DNA of 64,000 bases, taken from contig NC_087437.1 in NCBI RefSeq assembly GCF_036321535.1, positions 26,290,001 to 26,354,000 on the forward strand, written 5' to 3'. Below, piece after piece: positions 1-11,090 of the stretch. The notes under the pieces are model-generated. The model made no database searches. It saw only the letters and a program-made list of their open reading frames with translations, and had not been told where the DNA came from. How positions within the stretch are numbered: the first letter of the stretch is position 1; each line of letters opens with the position of its first letter. This DNA comes from Camelus dromedarius (taxonomy: Eukaryota). Both the position numbers and the translations under genes were made by a program.

Positions 1-160
1 CATCTCTGCCTGTTATGTGACCCTGGGCCATTTACTCAACCGCAGTGTGCCTCAGTTTCCTCAAAAGAAAAATGAGATAACAATCTGTACCTGTTCACAG
101 GTCACTGTGAGGGTTAAAAGAACTAATATGTGTGAAAGCACCTGGGGTTATGAATAAAGT
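1..160 (+). mobile_element. MIR SINE fragment
   Basis: MIR core motif: tgtgaccctgggccatttactcaacc...gtgcctcagtttcctc...aaaatgagataacaat...gtgagggttaaa. Ends approximate. Confidence 0.8.
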
Positions 161-699
161 TTCCATTCACATGTGTCAGGCAGGGGTGTGCTCCGTGGGT
201 GATTCTGGTGCTGTCTCTCTGAGAAGCACTGACTCAGCTCCCTGCCTCCTCTGGCGTAAAGTAAGTTACAAACAAAAGTCAATTACCTCCTCTCCTCATC
301 TAGCCCCACTTCTTGATCCCATCCCCACTCCACACCCCATCCCATACACAAAATCCACTCAGCTAGGAGCTACCAGCCAGATTTCCAAAATCAGAAAGCA
401 GACCCTCCTCAGAAGGGGCTGGGGATCTTCTGCCCAAGATGCTGAAGCAAAAGGGATTCGGTGGTGGGCATTCCTATTTAGGTTTTTTAACAAAAAAAAA
501 ATCGACTCTCAGTTCTTATTTTAAATTTTAAAAACTGACTTGCAATTCCAGATCCAGTCTGTCATTCAGAGCCATAACCAATCAAAATTAACTAATCCTA
601 CTACCAAGGTCCCTGCAATCTGATTTTGGTCAGGTAGACAGAGTGCATAAGTGTGGAGAGAGAGGCAAGAACGAACTTGTACTGAAAGTCTACTATGAA

Positions 700-790
700 G
701 CCAGATACTTCAAGTATGTTATCTAATCTTTCAAAATACATGAAATAGGTATTACTATCCTCATTTTACAGACAAGGACACTGAGGCAGC
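700..790 (-). mobile_element. MIR SINE fragment
   Basis: Reverse MIR core: aggtattactatcctcattttacagacaaggacactgaggca. Confidence 0.7.
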
Positions 791-3700
791 AGGCAATTTC
801 TATGAATGAGAAAAGGCTCTTTATGAAAACAACTACACTGTCAGAGGCATCCAAAGGTAAACTGAAAAGACCAGCCAGAGGCAATTCTTTCTTAAGAAAA
901 ATAAATTTAAAACCAACTTTTTAAATAAATATTTTCTAATTGAAAAGGCTTTGAAAAATTCACCTCCCACAAACATTTCTTAAGAAGTTACTCAAGAATG
1001 TACCCCAGCAAAATGAGGGCATAATCCAAAAAAGAGGAAGACATGAGAAAAGGAAACAGAACTCTAGCCACAGAGAGAAATAAAGTCAGTCCTAGGATGA
1101 CAACTCTGTTGTAGGCCTAGAGAGCAATCAGAATGGCACAGAGAAGATGAAGGAATCTGGACACAAAAGCTTGGGGAAAGGAGACTTGATAGAACTGAGG
1201 GGATTGAGAGCCTAGAAAATTTTGAAATCATAATAAAGATAAATAATATATAAACATATAAGAAGGCAGTTAGCAACACTAGAAAAAAATGTTTAAGAGA
1301 GTCAAGGTCCAGATATGAGGAAATTAAAGGTGATACAATTTTGAACAACTGATAAAGAGTGGAAAGAAAGGATCTATTTCACTTTGGTGCTGAATACAGT
1401 GCTGGATATATTCTCCTTTGAGTGGCCCAGGAGTCTTGACACCAAATCCAGTGTGTAAGTCTAGGATCCAATCTCAATACACAAGGCAAAAATTATATTT
1501 AGAATTTTAATAATATAAGTGTTGCCTATGGACTTTCAACTTTAAAAATAATTTATGAATAAAAAAGTCCATTCTGGGGCAAGCGCAAAATCTTTATGGG
1601 GTCAGGGCTTCAGAATTTAAAGCGTTACTGACAAAAAGCAAACTGTAGAACTGATAGCCACCCAAACCTCCTGGACTTACCAAAAGTTACCAGAAGTAAA
1701 AAAAGGTGGCCTAATATACAAACCAAAAATAATATAAATATCAAATTTGGGAGAGGAAGGGAAAAAACAGTTTAAGGAGCTACATTTCTCACTTTCTTAT
1801 CAGAAGGTGTAAGTTGATAAATCAAAAGTTGTGGTAAAAGCACATTACTTAGGGTTAAAGGGTGACAATCTAAGAATTAAACACAGGAATAGTAAAAAAA
1901 AAAAAAATCAAAAGTTTCCCACTGTGAGCCTTGAGAAGGTGAAGGAAACCCCTGTTTTCAACAGAAGTAATTCTGTGTTACTGGATTTGTTACCAAGTGT
2001 ATATATAGATCACTTTGACAGAAATAATTTCCCACCATACACTTCAGAAAAAGCAAAGCACTAAAATTATTACTAAAAATGGGAGTAGCAGGCAAATGGT
2101 TTTGTTAGAATTGTATTTAAGAGTGGGGATACATTTTTTTTCCTTATAAAATGTTTTTCAAATAAAATTCTTCTAAAGAATGGAAAGTTCTACTGAAGCT
2201 AGGTGATTTTCTTCTTTATAATTTTCTATGTTCTGCTCTATGTACAAATAAACACATATTCCATTTACAACCAGCATTTTTTTTTAATGTTAATGTGATC
2301 GATGTTCAAAGTCAGCGTGCCAGTTGCTAAGAGCCCACCACCTACACATCCTAGGCGGATTTAGTCGCTGCAGCAGACAGCAGGAGCAATGCAGTTGTTT
2401 TCAGAGGCCATGCATTTTAACATTCGATCCTCCCCATTGTTAAATGCTACCCTAACATCACAGGAAAGGTGTGAATGCTTAGAAAAGGTGCCTAAGTGAT
2501 TGCATCATATACTTAGGAACAGTCTTACCTGAGAAAATGACAAAAAGCTTTTTAAGGCTTTTTAGATGTCCAGGCTTTATTTCCCATAAAGCTCACTGTT
2601 CAGCTGGGGAACTGACATGGGGATTAAAGGTGGGAGTGGGGAAAACAGAAAACTATGCCCTAAGTGGATGGCAACAGATTAGAGGGCCAGTCCAGGGTCC
2701 ACCATTAAATAATGACATGACGATCCCAAAGCATATTGTCACCCTTCCCTGGCCTCAGTTTTTTAGCCAAAAAAGATCTTGTCAATTACAAAATACTTTG
2801 ATTTCTGATTTATAAAGCCCTCAAATCCTGACAGAATCAAGAATAGGATTCCACTGCTAGCCCCATTTCACAGATGATGGAGCAAAGCCATGGGCAGGTT
2901 TTAAGAAAATTAATTAAGGGTCAGTTGCCACCATCTTCCAAGCTTCTCCTTAAATCCACCAAAATATATTGCCTTCTGAGGCTCTGTGACAAAGTGTGAC
3001 ATATAACATTTACCATATTCCAACTGTAAACAAAGCTCCAAAAGAAACGCAGAGCAGAGACTCTTGGCAGATTGCTTATCTTGAAAGACAATAGTCACGA
3101 TGACTTAATTTCTTAAATTCCCTTAGCTACTTGGCCAAAAAATTTCCAGGGATAGCAACAGATCAGGCCTATAGGCCCACTACCTACTCATTTTCCCAGC
3201 TGTTGTCTTCACTGACTACCCAAAGCCAAATGAAGATGCACCCAGCTTTGGATCGAGGAGTGGCTTTAGCTGGGGGGGATAAGGCAGATGGATCAGATCA
3301 ACTTTCTCTAAACCCAAGGCTAACTTCCATTTTTAACCTAGTTTCACAAACATAGTTTTGAGCTACTCCACTATTCAAAACATGTGTATAACAGGGAATT
3401 CTTTTGTTTTGCTTTTGTTTAAGGATTGTTTCCCTAACTTTCCTCAGATACTAGGCAATCCCAACTCTTACTTCATATTTTTAACAACCAGTTTTACTGA
3501 TCATATATATATTTGTGTGGATATATTTATAAACAGGGTTCAAAAATCATTTGGGACCAAAAATATACCCCAAAATTATTATAAATTATTGGGCCTTTAT
3601 TTGTATTAATTACTAAGTCCATTTCTATAAAAGTCACATTAAAATAATTCAAAACTGCATTTACCTAAGTAATACAAGTAAATACAAGATGCTATTTTGG

Positions 3701-5194
3701 ACCTTTATATAGTAATATATACTAATGCCATCCTTTAGAACATGTCATGATACTACATCACATACTTGAATTCCACCAGCCATTTAGAAATCAAGTACGT
3801 GTCCACACTATCACTCAATAACCAGAAGAAGACCAGTTGTGGAATACAGTAATCATCAAGTCTGTTTCAGGTCAAGTGCTTCTCAGCACTGCATCAACCC
3901 TAGAAACAAAATAAAGAACTCCTCCTTGCACAGGATGTCAACAGCTTTGGGATGGGGAAGGAGTAACTGGTCACCAGTATGAGTCAAAGGGTTGGCTATT
4001 ATAAGCCTCATTCATTACTGTGTATGTGTTATTAGGGTCCTCTCATAGCAATCAAAGTATCAAATATTAGTGGCAAAGAAAGGCTCTTTTTAAAATAGCA
4101 TATAACATCTTACTTCTAAACTAAGACTACTCAACCAAAGAAACATGGGCTTTAAAATAAAGTCTAAGGCAAGTTCTTACAAGAGGAGTTTCTCTCCATA
4201 GCAGGAACAGCCAGCCAGTGCAAGCAATCCTGAACCAAGTGGTCCAGCTGGGATGACTTCCCGCAGAGGCTGCTGATACCCTTACCCCCACTATTCCATG
4301 ACGTTACCGATTTCATTTCAAGTTTCAGCTTGGTTTCTCCTCCAGAATATAATTATTTGAGGGTACCACAATTAAAACGACCTTCTTTGTGCCTGTGAAT
4401 ATATTTTCCTATACAGTCTAATTCCCAACAAATGTAAAATTCATTACATTAAAACCCGGAACAATGTGAAGGGAAGAAGAATGACAAAGCAGCCTCCTGA
4501 TTTGATGGTATTTTAGGTTACCAAATGTGATATAACAAAACTCCTGACCCAATTTCCACACAATTGATTTGCCCAGCCCACAACTACTTCACCACGCAGT
4601 TGGTAATTACATCACCATGCTGTGTGGTCAGTACGTCACCCAGCTGGTAGCAGAAAGGCCTACTAGGCAATGTTCACTTTTCCAGCTTGCTTTTCCCAAG
4701 AATGGAATGACCGCAGACCACCTACACCACCAAGACCCTCTCCTTCTCAAGCCTCAGAAGTTTTCTAGCATGTATCTTGGGGGTCACATCCCAATGGACC
4801 AGGCTCTGAGTTATCTAACTTAGAGTGGGCAGGAAAGGAGTAAAAGTTTGTGTCCAGGAGTCTGTGACAATACTTCAGATTGTGGGCATAGTCATCTATG
4901 TGTTTCATAAGAATCCCTTCAAAACTACTTTTCCCCACCTCTTACGTCTAAGCGTTTTCACGTCCCGAATCTGTTGTGACTTCTAGAACCTTGGAAGAAC
5001 TTCACCAGACTCTCTGTTTCTGATCCCTTACAATTCCAAACCCAGAGACTTACTCCCTACTTCCAGCTTCCCAGATCCCTGGGCGAGAACCGTGGAAGGA
5101 CACACATTGACACACAGTATCACACGCAAAAGAATAAGCATGCGCGCCCTGGGTATAGTGACTCTGTGGCCCCCTTGGCTCCAGGTTGACTTAC

Positions 5195-5625
5195 TTGAGG
5201 AAGTACCTCTGGCCAGTTGCCGTGAAGGTCATCTCCCAGCCCGCGGGCAGCGGCAGCTCATCGGTCACGTCGTAGGACTGCTGGCGGAGGTGCGCGTGCT
5301 GCTGCGCCTGGCTGCCCGCAGCGCCCGCGCCGGTGCCCAGTTGCAGGGACGCGGGCGACGAGTGCGAGCGGACATGCTGGGCGCCGCCGGACAGTCGGGG
5401 CCCCGGGTGACCGCCGGATGAGTCGGTGCTCGACTGGCGCGAGTGCGAGCCAGAATCAGGCTCCTTGAAGAACGACTCCGGCAGGATCTTCTTCCGCCAC
5501 GAGCTGGGCTTGGGGTTCATCACCGAGTTGAAGAGGGCTTCGAGGTCGGTGTCTAGGTCTTGAGTGACGTGGATCACTTGCTGCCCGGGCGGCGGGAGCG
5601 GAGGGGGCGCCGAGGCCGGATTCAT
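5195..5625 (-). CDS. WWTR1: WWTR1 (TAZ) first coding exon (exon 2; exon starts at 5628), codons 1-143 plus 2 nt; gene continues beyond the left edge of the window
   Basis: Translates MNPASAPPPLPPPGQQVIHVTQDLDTDLEALFNSVMNPKPSSWRKKILPESFFKEPDSGSHSRQSS...HVRSHSSP...HLRQQSYDVTDELPLPAGWEMTFTATGQRYFL. Contains the TEAD-binding domain, DSGSHS phosphodegron, three HxRxxS LATS motifs (S66, S89, S117) and the start of the WW domain. Acceptor ttctccttgcAG|AAGATG at 5630-5629; donor CAA|GTAAGT at 5194; 431 coding nt. Confidence 0.98.
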
Positions 5626-6049
5626 CTTCTGCAAGGAGAAAGGAGGGCAGATCAGCTTTTATTTAAGGTCGGAGAAGTGGGTACGGGGGAAGAATCGAGA
5701 GAAAAGAAAAAGAGACAGATAGGTGTCCGCCTCGGGATCCCAGACACTCAGTAGTCAGACCAGCCGCATGGGGGAGGGGTCCCTCCTGGCCTCGAGAATT
5801 ATGCAACTCTCTTGAAGCGAAGAAGTTAGCAGGAACGAGGGGGTGGCGGGGGAAGGCTGGGAATTAACTGCACTGGAGACGCCGCTGAACTGCTGATGGC
5901 AAAGGGCAGGTCGAAACGTTCCAGGGCAGGCAGCCCCCCAGAGAAGTCTCAACCTAAGCCAGCTCCAAGACATCTCGAGTCTGGAAGCCCGAGGAGCCAG
6001 GCACCCTGGAGCTGTGCCGGGTGAGCGGGCGCGCGCCAGCGGGCACTAC

Positions 6050-6340
6050 CTGGGCGCGCAGCGAAGCCGAGTGTGGGCGTGCGGCGGCCGCCGTCCCGCC
6101 GGAACTCGCCGTCGGGCCTGGGTCGCTCGGGTGCGTCCCGAGCTCGCTGGGCTGGAGCCGGGGCCCGGCTGGCAATTCCCGAACCGACTCGGTGCCTGCA
6201 AGCCGTGGGGCTTCGGCTCTCACATCCCCCGAACTGGCCTCAGGCGCTCTCGCTCCGTGAGGAGGCGGAGGAGAAGCAGACAGCGCGGCCGGCGCGGCTC
6301 CCGGACTGTCCCATAAACAAAGTTTGGAGCAAACTCCCAC
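6050..6340 (-). other. WWTR1: WWTR1 non-coding exon 1 (5' UTR); TSS approximate
   Basis: Donor GCGCGCCCAG|GTAGTG at 6050/6049. Splicing to 5628 gives ...cgcgcccagAAGATG, matching my recollection of the human leader. The 5' end AGTTTGCTCCAAACTTTGTTTATGGGACAG resembles the recalled human transcript start. Confidence 0.7.
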
Positions 6341-6566
6341 TCCCAGGAAAGAGGCGGGCCCGAAAGTTGAGCTATTGAATTATGCATGACCTCCAAGTCC
6401 TGAGCCTGCCTGCCCCAGCTCGTCCCTCCCCTTCCTCCTCCTCCTCCTTCCACTCGGCTCCAGAAAACCCTGGGCGTGATGGGTACTTTGCAGGGTAAGA
6501 GGAGATGGGTGCCCCCCACCCACTCGTGCTGGTCGTGCGGACCTCTCCCGCGGAGCCCTAGATATG

Positions 6567-6572
6567 CATTCC
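6567..6572. promoter_or_regulatory. MCAT/TEAD motif (gCATTCCt) in WWTR1 proximal promoter
   Basis: Exact CATTCC core about 230 bp upstream of the inferred TSS; motif match only. Confidence 0.4.
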
Positions 6573-6875
6573 TTTGAGTTTACCACTGACTTGGGGGCGG
6601 GATCAAAGGGAAAGTGGCCCAAGCCTGTTTAATCAAGGGCTTGTGGACCGAAACCAAGGCTGGGGGCGGTAGAGGGCACGCGGGTGAGGGGCCCAGACCG
6701 AGGAAGGGCCAGTCCTGGGTGCCGCGCCCTCTCTTGGTGCCGAGTGCCGGGACGGGGAGCGCGGGAGCGCGGCAGTGCTCGGTGGTTCTGCCTGAGGGCG
6801 GGCCCGGGTGCGCCCCTGCGCGGGGAGACACCAACGAGGCCAGCCTTTCCACAGGAGGCTGCTTAGCGCTTGTGA

Positions 6876-6885
6876 CCATATTTGG
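6876..6885. promoter_or_regulatory. CArG box (SRF/MRTF site) CCATATTTGG
   Basis: Perfect CC(A/T)6GG inside a GC-rich island about 540 bp upstream of the inferred TSS. MRTF-SRF control of the TAZ promoter via a CArG box is known. Confidence 0.7.
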
Positions 6886-8183
6886 TCTGGCGAGGAGGCA
6901 TTTCGACTGTTTGGCTTTCAATTGTCTGCTCGTGCGCAGACGGTGCCCAGAAAGTGCCTGTGTCGCTAGGGATGCGGTTTCACCAACTGGTTCATTGTAA
7001 ACAAACAGCTTTAAAACCATTTATCTTTTTTTTTTTTTCCTCTCTGGGGTGGCTCAGGTCACCAGGGGTTGAGAAGAATCCTGGTTAATGCTGGGCTTTG
7101 GAAAGGGAGAGCATTCGCGGCCCCCCCCCTCCCGCGACATCCGCGCGGGGAGTGGGAGGATTGGAATTTCCCTGACGCCCTCCAGAGAGCCTGGAGCCGG
7201 GATGGAACCGTAGCAGGTGGCAGGGAGTAGAGAGAGTGCGCCAGTGACCCGGAAAAAGCCACCCACCCTCCCACCGACTGGTACTGAACGAGGGGTGGAG
7301 ACCCCCTGCTTCTAGATCTAGCCTCGCAAGACAGCTGCGGAAAGTGGGAGGTGGCCTGGCCCCCCGGAGCGGCCCAATTCCTTTTTTCCCTTGCCCGCTC
7401 TCCAGTTGGGGAGAAGGGGAGAGTGGCTGCGAGGTTGTCACGCTCCTGAAAGCCCCTACCCGACTCCATTTCATTTAAACAGGAGTTTATGAAGTAAGTC
7501 AAATGAAGCAATACATGTAAAGCGCTTTGAAGTCACCCAGCCCGCCTACGTATCTGTTTGTTAAATGAAATAAAACTATATTAAATGCAAGTATTGTGCC
7601 TCAGCATTTTTATAAGGGTAGAAAAAAAAATCTGGAGTTTCTTTGAAGGAGGAAAGTTTACGGGAAAGACAAGGCCACCCGACAGTTCTGCTTTAGAAAA
7701 GGTAGGAGTACGGGGCGGGCTTTGGGGGCGCGGGGCGCGAGGGTGACATTCGCTGAATGGCTTCTCCCTGTCACTGCCCAAAACAGAACAGAGGCCACCT
7801 GAGTGAGCCCCCTCATTACCTGTATTTGAGGGTGTGCTCTGATTCCAGACTCCCCAAAGACTGGGAAAAATCAGGGCTGCCTGAGAGAAAGACAACCACG
7901 TGGATCACTGTCCAAGGGAAGCAGAGCATGGCTCTGTCAGGGGACTCGAGCTGTTTCCCCAACAGCAAGTCCCCTGCCCGTAGGACCAGCAGAGGGAAGA
8001 GGAAGCTAATACAGGTCACTCCATGGGAAACAGCATCTTTGTAGCTGTTGTCAGAAGCCACCACCGTTGCAACAATGGGGAAATTAGCTTTGGAACTAGA
8101 GGAAGTGACTGGGACCAAGATGGTTACTAATTCAAAAGCCACTTGACAATTAATAGATGGAAACTTGAGGCCAGCCCTACTCC

Positions 8184-8231
8184 AGGAAGGTCCTCACCCA
8201 AGAAGGAAGGTCCTCACCCAAGAAGGAAGGT
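8184..8231. repeat. 20-bp tandem duplication (aggaaggtcctcacccaaga x2.4)
   Basis: Exact direct repeats at 8184-8203 and 8204-8223, partial copy at 8224-8231. Confidence 0.95.
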
Positions 8232-8748
8232 GGTCCTGCTTTATAAAGAGTACCTGGCTGCTACAAAAGAGGAAAATACTGAGGGAGCCATGAGGTTAAT
8301 CAGTCAGGGAGAATCGGTTGGAGTTGGGTGGGCAAGGATGCTGTCATTCCTTGACAAACTTCAAGAAATAGATAGTAGGGGACGGAGTAGATGCCTGAAA
8401 TGGAAATTGCCCTGATCACATGATAGCTCAAAGGGAAAACTCCCAGTTCCCAAACAGTCTATAAGATATGATAGTGGATGGCTGAAGAGATTTGCTTCAG
8501 TGCTTCAAACAATAGTTTCAGATTAAATAACATTCACTGATGCTTTGTCTGTATGGGATACTGCCCCTAAGAGGCAGTACAGTGTTAGTACGTAAGTGTA
8601 TAATCAATCGCTGGAGCAAAATACCTGAGTCATCAGAGGCAAGATACTTCAACTACTCCTGGTTTTCCTCCTTTTTATAAAGGAGGGACAATATTGTTAG
8701 GGACAATAGCAGTATCCATCTCACAGGATTCTAGGTTAAAACAAATTA

Positions 8749-9086
8749 CAGTCAGCCCTTTGTATCCTTGGGTTCCACATCTACTGTGGATTAAAAAGAA
8801 GAAAAAAAAAAAGATTCCATGAAGTTTCCAAAAAGCAAAACTTGAATTTGTGGAGCACCACAACTATTTACATAGCATTTAATTGTATTAGGTATTATAA
8901 GTCATGCAGAGATGATTTCAAGTATATGGGACGATGTGCATAGGTTATATGTAACCTACACCATTTTGTATAAAATAAAACCTATGCCATTTTATATAAG
9001 AGACTTGGGCATCCACAGATTTTGCTATCTTGAGGTGGGGTGAGGGGGCCTTGAACCAACTCCCCCCTGATACCAAGAGACAACTG
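8749..9086. mobile_element. Tigger3a/MER2-group non-autonomous DNA transposon (TcMar-Tigger)
   Basis: TIR-like ends cagtcagccctttgtatc / gataccaagagacaactg, TA at 8747-8748. Internal caactatttacatagcatt...gtattaggtattataagt matches recalled Tigger3 consensus. Sits next to a MIR fragment. Confidence 0.8.
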
Positions 9087-9215
9087 TGTACAGATTTAAT
9101 CTGCTCCCCCTGATTTAGAACACAAGCTTTGAAATGCCTAGTTCTGCTCTATATTGGGTGAGTAATTTAACCTCCCTAAGTCACAGATTATTCATTTACA
9201 AGTTAGAGATAGTAT

Positions 9216-9690
9216 TGTGGCAGTCTGTGACACTGCTGCCCCTCAGTGGACCACCCTTCTGTTGGTCACACCCTTATGGAGACCTTCTTATCTAAATCTG
9301 GACTAAGCCAGTGATTTAACTTAACTTGGAAAATGCGACAGTGCAGCCACTCTAGTTCCCTCTTTTAACCCCTAAGAAGGTGTGGAAGTTTCTGCTTTTG
9401 TACATTTGGGAGATCTGAGCCACTAGGTAAGAAGTACAACCACTTTGCTGGAGAAACCGCTTGAAGAGGAAGAGGCCCAGAGACTTCTGGAGACAGGGAG
9501 TACAGCCATCCAGCATCCGTGCTGAGCCCAGCCCCCAGCCAGCCCACCAGCTGACTGCAAACCCACCAGTGACCAGCAGAGACCAAGAGAAACTTAGAGC
9601 CTCGCCCAGCCCAGATTGTAAAAGTTTGAGCAAATAAAATGAAAATTGTTTTAAGCCACTAAACTTTGGAAATTTTTTAAATGCAGACAG
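9216..9690 (+). mobile_element. MaLR (MLT1-type) solo LTR
   Basis: ccagcccaccagctgactgca...cccagcccagattgt...gagcaaataaaatg...tgttttaagccactaaactttgg is a typical MLT1 3' end. Confidence 0.7.
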
Positions 9691-9851
9691 GACATTCTAA
9701 GGATTAAAAAAAATTCAGATAAAGTTCTTAACACAAATCATGTTGCGTGCTAAAGTGTTAAATAAATAATGGCTGCGATTTGGGCTGAGACCCACAGAAA
9801 AGATAGACATATTTTACAGATAAGGAGACTCGCCCAATGAGTTTTAAAGTA

Positions 9852-10348
9852 CGGGAATACCTCATTTTACAGTGCTTCACAGATACTGTGTTTTTTACAA
9901 ACTGAAGTTTTGTGGCAACCCAGCAAGTCTATCGGCGCCATTTTTCCAACAGCTTTTGCTCAGACTGTATCTCGGTCATATTTTGGTACTTCTCACAATA
10001 TTTCAAACTTTTTCATTATTATTGTATTCATTATGGTGATCTGTGATTGGGATCTTTGACGCTACTACTGCAAAAAGATTACAATTTGCTGAAGGCTCAT
10101 CATGTTTAGCATTTTTTAGCAATAAAGTATTTTTTAATTAAGGTATGTACATTGATTTGTTTTGTTTTACTATTTTGCTTCTATGCGTTACTGCATTTTT
10201 AACAGACTACAGTACAGTATAAACATACCTTCTCTATGCACGGGGAAACCGCCCCCCTGCAAAAAATCAAGCAACTCACTTTATTGTGATATTTGCTTTA
10301 TTGCAGTGGCCTGGAACCAAACTGGCAATATCTGAGGTATTTTGCCTG
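9852..10348 (+). mobile_element. Internally deleted Tigger1 derivative (Tigger1a-like MITE)
   Basis: Tigger1 5' end (atacctcatttt...caagtctatcggcgccatttttccaacagc) joined near 10065 to Tigger1 3' end (gctgaaggctca...ttagcaataaagtatttt...gaggtattttgcctg). TA dinucleotides at 9850-9851 and 10349-10350. Confidence 0.85.
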
Positions 10349-10569
10349 TATTTTGTCCAAGTATGTGAAATGAATTCATGAAAAAAAGAAAAGAAAAAAA
10401 CTGGGATTCAGCCGAGTTTGTATCCCTAGATCAGAGTACTTTTTTCTACTCTCCCATCCTGTGAGCCAGGAGTTACTCCCTGGTCTTGTCATTTCAAATC
10501 AGTATGATACCTACTGCCTGCCTAGCTCAGAGAAACACCACAGGTTTTTTGAGATAATCAATTAAGAGT

Positions 10570-11090
10570 AGACTCCTGCCAAGATGAAAACCTTTCCACT
10601 TGCAAAGACTGATTTCCAGCTTCCAAATCCTCCCCTCAACATGCTTCCTACCAGGAGCTTCCCTGAGTCATCCGTCCCTCCTCCCTCTCTGTCCACATCC
10701 AACCAGTGGCAAGCACTGTCAGTTCTTCCTTCTGGTGTCCCTCGCATCCATCCTTCCTTTCCCACTCCCACAACAGGACCTTATCTCCAGAGGCTCACAG
10801 TGGCCTCCTAGTTGGTTTCTTGGCCCCCAGTCTCCCATTTCTGGACTCCCATTTTCATGATGTCATCTCCTGGCTCACAAGCTTTGCACAACTACCCACA
10901 AGAGTAAAGGTCAGAGCTATCAATGCAGCATCCAAGGACACACTGCCATCTTCACAGCTTTCTGATCTTAATTTTTACACAACTGTGTCCCTCATCCTCT
11001 CCAGCCAGGCTCTGATCCAAGCATATTTGGCCTCGTCCCTTGCTTCACCTATCTCTTTGAACCCTGCTTGAAACTACTGCACTGTCAAGC
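10570..11090 (+). mobile_element. Degraded L2 LINE fragment
   Basis: Pyrimidine-rich L2-like motifs (ctccctgagtcatccgtccctcctccctctctgtccacatccaaccagt; cctttcccactcccacaac; gcctcctagttggt). Confidence 0.45.

Larger units (their letters stand above)
5140..7450. promoter_or_regulatory. WWTR1: CpG island / promoter of WWTR1
   Basis: Very GC- and CpG-rich stretch in an AT-rich background. It spans exon 1, intron 1, exon 2 and the upstream promoter. Confidence 0.9.

Noticed and set aside
5626..5634. ORF-track N-terminal extension MQK- on WWTR1
   Set aside because: It starts at a TTG inside the intron-1 acceptor; the true start is the ATG at 5625. The ORF's terminal K* is read-through into intron 2.
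5560..7511. Many overlapping 60-150 aa ORFs on both strands
   Set aside because: Expected stop-codon scarcity in a CpG island; Arg/Gly/Pro/Ala-rich with no recognisable domains.
6400..8200. Antisense lncRNA (WWTR1-AS1-like) exons
   Set aside because: Plausible from human annotation, but no exon structure can be supported from sequence alone.
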